Shown here piece by piece: positions 34,198 through 40,581 of a stretch of 40,581 bases of DNA (position 1 is its first letter; each line of letters opens with the position of its first letter). The notes beneath the pieces were generated by a model. That model saw only the letters and a list, made by a program, of their open reading frames with translations, was not told the origin of the DNA and ran no database searches. This stretch comes from a virus (Duplodnaviria > Caudoviricetes), in IMG/VR virus record IMGVR_UViG_3300032737_000030, positions 1 through 40,581 of that record. One strand, given 5' to 3'. The position numbers were made by a program, and so were the translations under genes.

Positions 34198-35297
34198 AGA
34201 AACTAAATATTTATCTATACGGTGATAATTCAGGTGTGGGTTGGTACCGTATACATTCACCTGCAAGACAATTAAAGAAACAGGGTTTAGCTAATATAAT
34301 GACTTCTGAATGGAGGTGGACACAAGAAAGTGAAAAGATTAAGTTTCCTTCCATTGAACAACTAACTGAAATTGGTCATTGGGCTGATCTTATTGTTATG
34401 CAACGGCATGACCAGCTTCAGTATATAGCTACGTTCTGTGGTATTGGAGAACTATTTAACTTACCTGTCATATTAGATACAGATGACAACATAGAAGGTG
34501 TTAGGCCGCATAATCCAGGCTATCAAGGTTATCACCCTGGTTCTGAGGCTACCGCTTGGGGTAAGAAGGTTGTGGAAAAGGTGGATGCTATTACCGTGTC
34601 TACTGACAACTTAAAGGAAATCCACGAGAAGGATAAAGCCACTTATGTTTTGCCTAATAGTCTTGATATTGAATTTAGGGAGAAAGTTAAACGTCCTAAG
34701 CCTGATGGCAAGATCCATATAGGTTGGTTAGGGTCAGCGGCTCACCTTGAGAACCTACAGTTCATTGATGATGTTATCGTGGAAATACTAAAGAAACATG
34801 AGAACGTGGTATTTCACTGTATGGCCATGTATATGAACTGTTTCCTAGATAACCTTCCAAAAGATCTAGCTAAGCGTGTTGTTAGACACGACTGGTGGAC
34901 ATTTAAGAACTGGCCTAAGGGTTTGGCTTCACTCGGGTTGGATATAGGATTAGCCCCTGCATGTGATAATTTGTTCAATCGTGCTAAGTCTAATCTTCGT
35001 TGGTTGGAATATTCAATGAATGAAACAGCTACCATTGCTTCTAACGTTCCTGCTTACAAAGAAATAGAAAATAATGTAACTGGTATTTTGGTACAGGAGA
35101 AACATGAGTGGTTTGACGCAATTGATGACTTAATAGAAAACGAAGAAAAACGTAAGAAAATTGGCAAAAATGCTAAGAAAACAGTGATAAAACAGTTCAG
35201 TGTCGAGAAAAATGCTAAGAATTGGTTGAAAGTTTATAAACAAGTAGTAGCCGATTTTAAAGAAAACAAGGGTGACAAACGCTATTATAATAGCTAA
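34185..35297 (+). CDS. Glycosyltransferase, GT4-like (start probably 34194)
   Basis: GWYRI..P, DTDD, IGWLGS..H and DIGLAP..DN.FN.AKSNLRWLEYS. Confidence 0.9.
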   Translation: MGSMKKLNIYLYGDNSGVGWYRIHSPARQLKKQGLANIMTSEWRWTQESEKIKFPSIEQLTEIGHWADLIVMQRHDQLQYIATFCGIGELFNLPVILDTDDNIEGVRPHNPGYQGYHPGSEATAWGKKVVEKVDAITVSTDNLKEIHEKDKATYVLPNSLDIEFREKVKRPKPDGKIHIGWLGSAAHLENLQFIDDVIVEILKKHENVVFHCMAMYMNCFLDNLPKDLAKRVVRHDWWTFKNWPKGLASLGLDIGLAPACDNLFNRAKSNLRWLEYSMNETATIASNVPAYKEIENNVTGILVQEKHEWFDAIDDLIENEEKRKKIGKNAKKTVIKQFSVEKNAKNWLKVYKQVVADFKENKGDKRYYNS

Positions 35298-35330
35298 TTC
35301 TTGCGGAATCTGATAGAATAAAAATAAAGT

Positions 35331-35355
35331 AACTTCCGTAATCATAGTAGGGAAG
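35331..35355 (+). promoter_or_regulatory. Late-gene motif, copy 3 (before the adaptor/tail genes)
   Basis: AACTTCC-GTAATC-ATAGTAGGGAAG. Confidence 0.65.
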
Positions 35356-35377
35356 TCTTAGTATTAAGATACCTACT

Positions 35378-36073
35378 ATGTCTTTAATTTCATCTAATAA
35401 TGGTTTACAAGAAGAAATTGCATTACGTCTAAACGAAACTAAAACATCAGCTAATCGAGCTGATCGTTACCTAAATTGGATTAACCTTGCAATGCAAGAT
35501 ATCCATACCACCTTTCCACGTGCCCCGTGGCTACAAACTTCAGGTGTTAGTGATCTGATAGCTGGTGATCGTGAACTTGAGTTAAGTAGTTGGGGAACAG
35601 ATGTTCGTGGAACATTGAGTCTAAGAATTTCATCACAGAACCGTAAGCTTAGGTATGTTCCACCTGAGACCTTAGATATCATGGATCCAGACCCAGATGA
35701 TACTGGAGTTCCATCTGTTTATACAGTCTATGATGATAAGCTTATTTTATATCCAACTGCAGATGCTGGATATGAAGCACAATTAAAGTATTACCGTGAT
35801 TCGGTAACGATGTCAGCAGCCTCTGCGATTCCTTTTGTACCGCTTAAGTATCTCGAGGCTGTTGTTTATTTTGGGTTATCTAGAGGTCTTTATCTCCGTG
35901 AGGATTACAATGAAGCAGCAGCAATGGAACAGAAGTACAATGATTTTGTGGATCGTATGCGTAAGGACATGGAAAGATTTGACAAAGGATCACAAAGATT
36001 TACTACTACTCGTGAACTTCAGTCTACGAATATGTTTTATAATGATGAGATTAGTAATCAATTCTTCAACTAA
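35378..36073 (+). CDS. Head-tail adaptor (tail tubular A-like)
   Basis: WINLA, G.P..Y......L.LYP..D.......YY and P..Y.EA pattern; position before nozzle and fibre. Confidence 0.75.
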   Translation: MSLISSNNGLQEEIALRLNETKTSANRADRYLNWINLAMQDIHTTFPRAPWLQTSGVSDLIAGDRELELSSWGTDVRGTLSLRISSQNRKLRYVPPETLDIMDPDPDDTGVPSVYTVYDDKLILYPTADAGYEAQLKYYRDSVTMSAASAIPFVPLKYLEAVVYFGLSRGLYLREDYNEAAAMEQKYNDFVDRMRKDMERFDKGSQRFTTTRELQSTNMFYNDEISNQFFN

Positions 36074-36074
36074 T

Positions 36075-37754
36075 ATGGCTGATCTACAATTCTCTCAAAT
36101 AAATTCATGGACAGGGGGTATTGATGATACTAACCTTAAACCAGGTGGTCAGTATTTTTCAGTTGGATTAGATGTCCATGCTTTACCCAATTATTTAACT
36201 GTATCTGATTCTTTAGCTCGTAGTATTAGTAACACTACTGTTGGTACATTCACTGAAGCAGCCTACTGGTTTGAAGAAGTAGACGGTGACATGTTTGCCA
36301 TAGACTCAGGTGGTGATATCTGGAAGAAGGACGCTGGTACTGGATGGGTAGTTGATGCTACCTGGCCACATGCTGATGCACAAGCTGGGGCAGGACAAGG
36401 GCTCATAGAATTTGATGATGAGCTTTTTTGGGCTGCTAATACCACGGTTGGAAGGGTAACAACCCCTGGTGGTGTTCCTGGATTTACTGATAACTGGCAG
36501 TCTGGACTTACTTCAGCTTCATATCATCCAATGGCTAAATTTCTTGGTAAGTTAATGGTTGGTCATGGACGCAGTGTTGGAACATGGGATGGAACCTCGT
36601 GGGTAGCAGCGGATCTTACACTTCCGTTAGGATATGTGTGTAAGTCAATGGCTATTATAGGAGACTACCTTGCTATAGGAACTGCTGCGCCTGCTGGTGA
36701 TGATGCACGTATTTTCTTCTGGGATGGAACTTCTAGCACTTATAACCGTGAGGTAGTTGTTAAGGCCGTAGCCATAGATGCGCTTTTTACATGGAGTAAC
36801 ATTTTATGGGTAGTGGCCGGAAAGGCTGCCAATTTGCATTATTATGACGGTGCTAACCTAAAAGAAGTCTCAAAGATTTCTGATGTTGATGTAGAGGGTG
36901 GTGAGTCAGTAACTGTTAGACCTAGTGGGTTATGTGAATTTGGTGGTGGGCTTATGATCGCCGTTAATACAGTCACACACCCTAAGGACAGGGTTATGCC
37001 AGGCGTGTGGCGATACGAACCAGACATGGGTGCATTATATTTTCAGTTCCCTATTCATACAGGGGCTATCAATACATCCGCACATGCTTATTCTCTATAT
37101 AGCAATGGGGTTACTCTATTCATGGGTGGTAATGATGCTAACACAGGAGCTGCTGATGCAACACTCGTTGATGAATCTGGTGGAAGTAAGTATACCGAAT
37201 CTGCCTATTGGACTTCTCAATGGATAGAAGGAAACGTATTTGCAAACAAACATTTTAGAAAATTATACCTTAACTTTAGGGAGTTCCCTGCTTCAGGGAC
37301 AAATGAAGTCACAGTCAAGTATCGTCTAGATGATACGACAAGACGTTTAAACAGTGGTGCTGAATATGCTGCTACTGGAGGTGGTGCCGCTTATGTTGAT
37401 GTCGCTTCCACGGCGACACTCATAGTTGGCGATGAAATTACTGTAACAGGCGGTCCTTCTTCTGGTGATATTAGACGAATCATAACTTTAACGGCTACCA
37501 GGGTTACTGTGGATAGAAACTTTAGTGCTACACCTGTTAATGCAGAAACTAAGTTTATTGCTGAAAGGTGGACTGAGTTAAGTACAGTTAATGTAACAGA
37601 TGATGCTAACGCAACCGACAAAGACTTCTGGTTGACTGATATAGTCGGAAAGAAGATTCAATTCAAAATAGAACTACGTGATGGAACCACTACAGGTGAA
37701 AGGGTGGCTATATCAGAATCAACACTTAACTTTATTCAAAAAAGACCTACTTAA
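36075..37754 (+). CDS. Tail nozzle or stabilisation protein (beta-propeller-like; start re-called at MADLQFSQ)
   Basis: WTGGI near the N-terminus, WDG repeats, K.F..L and GKKIQFKIEL near the C-terminus; TAA-T-ATG junction. Confidence 0.65.
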   Translation: MADLQFSQINSWTGGIDDTNLKPGGQYFSVGLDVHALPNYLTVSDSLARSISNTTVGTFTEAAYWFEEVDGDMFAIDSGGDIWKKDAGTGWVVDATWPHADAQAGAGQGLIEFDDELFWAANTTVGRVTTPGGVPGFTDNWQSGLTSASYHPMAKFLGKLMVGHGRSVGTWDGTSWVAADLTLPLGYVCKSMAIIGDYLAIGTAAPAGDDARIFFWDGTSSTYNREVVVKAVAIDALFTWSNILWVVAGKAANLHYYDGANLKEVSKISDVDVEGGESVTVRPSGLCEFGGGLMIAVNTVTHPKDRVMPGVWRYEPDMGALYFQFPIHTGAINTSAHAYSLYSNGVTLFMGGNDANTGAADATLVDESGGSKYTESAYWTSQWIEGNVFANKHFRKLYLNFREFPASGTNEVTVKYRLDDTTRRLNSGAEYAATGGGAAYVDVASTATLIVGDEITVTGGPSSGDIRRIITLTATRVTVDRNFSATPVNAETKFIAERWTELSTVNVTDDANATDKDFWLTDIVGKKIQFKIELRDGTTTGERVAISESTLNFIQKRPT

Positions 37755-37755
37755 T

Positions 37756-40194
37756 ATGTCAGATTGGGGCGAACCAGTACCAGGATTCAGTGAAGTCGAT
37801 GCTACGGCAATCGATAATGTTGATACTCACACACATGATGCTGTGAGTAATGTTCCTGTCACTACGGTGGATAACTGGCAATTAAGCCCAACTGGATATC
37901 TTAGTGGTGGTACAAATGCATATGGTGTTGGATCTGGTGTGTGGCTTGGTTGGGATGTTGATGCTTACAAATTGTTTTTAGGAGATGCCGCTGGTAACAA
38001 CATGACATGGGATGGATCAGCACTAGCTATTACTGGATCTATTACCGCAACCTCAGGAACTATTGGTGGATGGACTATTGCTGCCACCACCTTATCATCG
38101 GGAAATATTACATTAGATGCTGGCAATACTAAAATAACCGCTGGAACGGGTAATGACATTGTTACTATAGATGCCGCCGATGGGACATACAGGTTGGCTA
38201 TTGGGCATGCTACTTATGGTTCAGCTCCTTTTCGTGTGTCTAAGGCCGGTGTACTTACAGCAGTTAGTGGAACTATCGGTGGTTGGACGCTCGGCGCTAC
38301 TACAATAGCGGTTACCGGAGAAATAGAATTAGACTCTACAAATAAAATAATTTGGGTTAATGATGGTACATTTGGAAATGAAGGAATACAATTAGACTTC
38401 AATGCTGGTGTGCCAAGATTTTATGTGGGTAGCGGTGGTGCTGGTGAAGGATTCACTTATGATGGTACTAATGTTTCATGGATAGGCAATAATACTTCGT
38501 TAACTGCGGCTGGTACTTTTACAGCATCTGATGCAGTAATTACAGGTGCTATTACAGCAACATCTGGAACAATAGGCGGTTGGACAATCAATGCGACTAC
38601 ATTGTCAGCAGGGAATGTGACCATAGATGGTACTAATGAGAAGATGTTGTTTGGTGCAGCATCAGCTCCTTTAACCGGAATAGGTATCTTCATAGGTAAA
38701 GATGGTGCTGACTATGAATTTAGAACAGGTAATCCTGCTGGCAGCTATGTTCATTGGGATGCAACTACACTGACAATCAATGGTCCAGTGCTATCAAGCC
38801 TTCAGGCAGGATCTGAGATTGCTATTCAAGACTGGACTTATAGTGGTGCTTTTTCTGTAACAGATTTAGATACTGTCGCTTGGGCTAGTGGAACGCTAAC
38901 TTTAATGAACGGATCTACCTACAATATCACTGGTGCCAATACTGGAAACATGGCTGCTTTTACTTATATTTATTTAGACATTGCTGTTTCGACAACTTTA
39001 TTCCAGGTGTCTGGTTCTTTTACATCTGGAACAGGAAAGATTTTAATTGCTACTGCACAGAACGGAACTAGTGAAGCTTCTTATTTGATGATGGGTGGTG
39101 CAGGTACACACAACTTTGACGGAACGAATATTGCTGCTGCATCTATTATTGCTGGTAAATTGAGCGTGGCTCAGTTGTCGGCTATTGCTGCTGATCTAGG
39201 AACTATTACTGCTGGTACTATAACAGGTGGAACTATTCAGACAGCGGCTGGTGCTACTGCTGGTATTAAGATGGATGCTACTTCATTGCGTGGTTATGAT
39301 GCTGCTAATACTATTCAATTTCAGCTTAATCCAACGACTGGTGCAATAACATCAACCCTTGGAACTATAGGTGGTTGGTCTATTGGAGCAGATTATTTAA
39401 GAGATGCCGCTAATTCGATGGGAATGGCATCAACTGTTACTGCTGGTAATGACGTTAGGTTCTGGGCAGGTGATTCATTTGCTAACCGTGCTGTTGCACC
39501 TTTTAGGGTATATGAAGACGGTCAGATTTTTGGAACAACAATGATTCAATCTTATAAAGATGAGTATTTTCAGGGTACTTCGGGTGATGGAATGACAGTT
39601 GTACTTGATGCAGATTGTGCTGTTATTAGAAATCCAATGGAAAGTATTTTAAGAACTGGTGCATATCAAACAGACACTTGTGCAGTTTTACATAGTAATG
39701 GTCCAGCTTTTAATTCACAATATGGAAATGATAGTTATGGTTTTGATGAATCAACTTATGTTGCTGCACACATAAACTGGTTTACAGACACTACTATGAC
39801 AGATGCTTCAGCTTGGTTTGGTATTGGTAATAGAACCAATTTAGGTACTCCAGATTTACCAACCACCTCTGCATTAACAGATAGACATATTGGATTTTTT
39901 CTTGTTGATGAAGTGCTTTATGCTTCAAATGCTAATGGTACTAATCAAACAACTACAGATGTTACTCAAGGATCAACTCTTACTCAATACAATTCTTATG
40001 TAATTGAATATATAGCTGCTACTTCTGCTAAGTTTTATATAAATGGTGTTCTGGTAGCAACGCATACTACTAATTTACCAGCTGGTCTTACGGATTGGGA
40101 TTACGGATTTGCTGTTAGAACAGATGAACAGATTACTAATGAACGTAAAAAAATGTTAGTAGCTAATAGTTATCAACTTTACATGGAACCATAA
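37756..40194 (+). CDS. Tail fibre protein (start re-called at MSDWGEP)
   Basis: Four GTIGGW(T/S)(I/L) repeats, APFRV twice, ADLGTITAG, and a lectin-like C-terminus (KFYINGVLVATHTTNLP). Confidence 0.8.
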   Translation: MSDWGEPVPGFSEVDATAIDNVDTHTHDAVSNVPVTTVDNWQLSPTGYLSGGTNAYGVGSGVWLGWDVDAYKLFLGDAAGNNMTWDGSALAITGSITATSGTIGGWTIAATTLSSGNITLDAGNTKITAGTGNDIVTIDAADGTYRLAIGHATYGSAPFRVSKAGVLTAVSGTIGGWTLGATTIAVTGEIELDSTNKIIWVNDGTFGNEGIQLDFNAGVPRFYVGSGGAGEGFTYDGTNVSWIGNNTSLTAAGTFTASDAVITGAITATSGTIGGWTINATTLSAGNVTIDGTNEKMLFGAASAPLTGIGIFIGKDGADYEFRTGNPAGSYVHWDATTLTINGPVLSSLQAGSEIAIQDWTYSGAFSVTDLDTVAWASGTLTLMNGSTYNITGANTGNMAAFTYIYLDIAVSTTLFQVSGSFTSGTGKILIATAQNGTSEASYLMMGGAGTHNFDGTNIAAASIIAGKLSVAQLSAIAADLGTITAGTITGGTIQTAAGATAGIKMDATSLRGYDAANTIQFQLNPTTGAITSTLGTIGGWSIGADYLRDAANSMGMASTVTAGNDVRFWAGDSFANRAVAPFRVYEDGQIFGTTMIQSYKDEYFQGTSGDGMTVVLDADCAVIRNPMESILRTGAYQTDTCAVLHSNGPAFNSQYGNDSYGFDESTYVAAHINWFTDTTMTDASAWFGIGNRTNLGTPDLPTTSALTDRHIGFFLVDEVLYASNANGTNQTTTDVTQGSTLTQYNSYVIEYIAATSAKFYINGVLVATHTTNLPAGLTDWDYGFAVRTDEQITNERKKMLVANSYQLYMEP

Positions 40195-40195
40195 T

Positions 40196-40387
40196 ATGAA
40201 TAATAAGATCTGTGCAAAATGTGGTGAAAAAGATAATCAAGCCACTGTGTTTAAGTTTAAGTATAATAAGCTATTTCCTAAATCTGATAAAGAGAAGGCT
40301 GAATTCTGTATCTGTGAAAACTGTATAGGTGAAATGTATATGAAACAGTTAGGTCAATATCCACCAAATAACTTTGAAATAATATAA
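40196..40387 (+). CDS. Small zinc-finger protein
   Basis: CAKCG...ICENC; TAA-T-ATG junction. Confidence 0.6.
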   Translation: MNNKICAKCGEKDNQATVFKFKYNKLFPKSDKEKAEFCICENCIGEMYMKQLGQYPPNNFEII

Positions 40388-40391
40388 ACAT

Positions 40392-40581
40392 ATGGCATCA
40401 ATAACAAGTGCACTATCACGATATTTCAGTAGTGCCAAAAATTTAGAAACTGTTGAAGAGATACAGGCCTTTGCTCAAACCATGAGTGATAGTTCTGATT
40501 CATTCAGTTGGTTTGGAAATTCAAGTCCCGCTACTTGGGGTGCACAGGCATTACGCATAATAGAAAATTCTTTAAAACCAG
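40392..40581 (+). CDS. N-terminal part of the large ejection protein, continuing across the junction into 42-3164
   Basis: MASITSALSRYFSSAKNLETVEEIQAFAQT (30 codons) is in frame with MSDSSD. Confidence 0.8.
   Translation, partial: MASITSALSRYFSSAKNLETVEEIQAFAQTMSDSSDSFSWFGNSSPATWGAQALRIIENSLKP
40441..40581. repeat. 141-bp direct terminal repeat, copy 2
   Basis: Identical to 1-141. Confidence 0.97.

Noticed and set aside
24587-35297. Host O-antigen locus captured at a prophage edge, or a Gtr-type serotype conversion cassette
   Set aside because: Flanked on both sides by virion genes in a circular genome, uses the same start-codon style, and lacks flippase, polymerase and GtrA/B genes; no integrase or att site seen.
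37756-40194. Diversity-generating retroelement targeting the tail fibre
   Set aside because: No reverse transcriptase and no template/variable repeat pair seen.
1-40581. Stop-codon reassignment (genetic code 15 or 25)
   Set aside because: Long genes are intact under the standard code, and TAA, TAG and TGA all end genes at tight junctions.

Overview
The window is an apparently complete, circularly assembled tailed-phage genome of 40,440 bp; bases 1-141 are repeated exactly at 40441-40581, most likely an assembly overlap. The layout is podovirus-like. A leftward arm of tiny ORFs (about 6.5-12.0 kb; NinG/HNH-like, YopX, zinc-finger and SSB-like proteins) and the rightward genes are driven by back-to-back sigma70-type promoters next to a perfect DnaA box. 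The rightward arm runs terminase, portal, scaffold, major capsid, LamG-domain virion proteins, a 12-gene glycan cluster, adaptor, nozzle, tail fibre, two ejection-type proteins (one with an M23 peptidase domain, one with an ART-like domain) and lysis genes. I see no recognisable integrase, repressor, polymerase, helicase or primase. The most striking feature is the 10.7 kb glycan cluster inside the virion module. It holds a WbpA/B/E/D/I-like diacetamido-uronic acid pathway, four glycosyltransferase genes, a sulfotransferase and a methyltransferase domain, but no membrane assembly machinery, which suggests self-sufficient virion glycosylation. Also notable are a 25-nt motif before the portal, capsid and adaptor genes, repeated gene-junction sequences, a repeat-flanked cassette with a Ser-(Arg/Trp/Gly) hexamer gene, and several stem-closed non-coding elements. 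All functional calls come from motifs read by eye, with no database searches.
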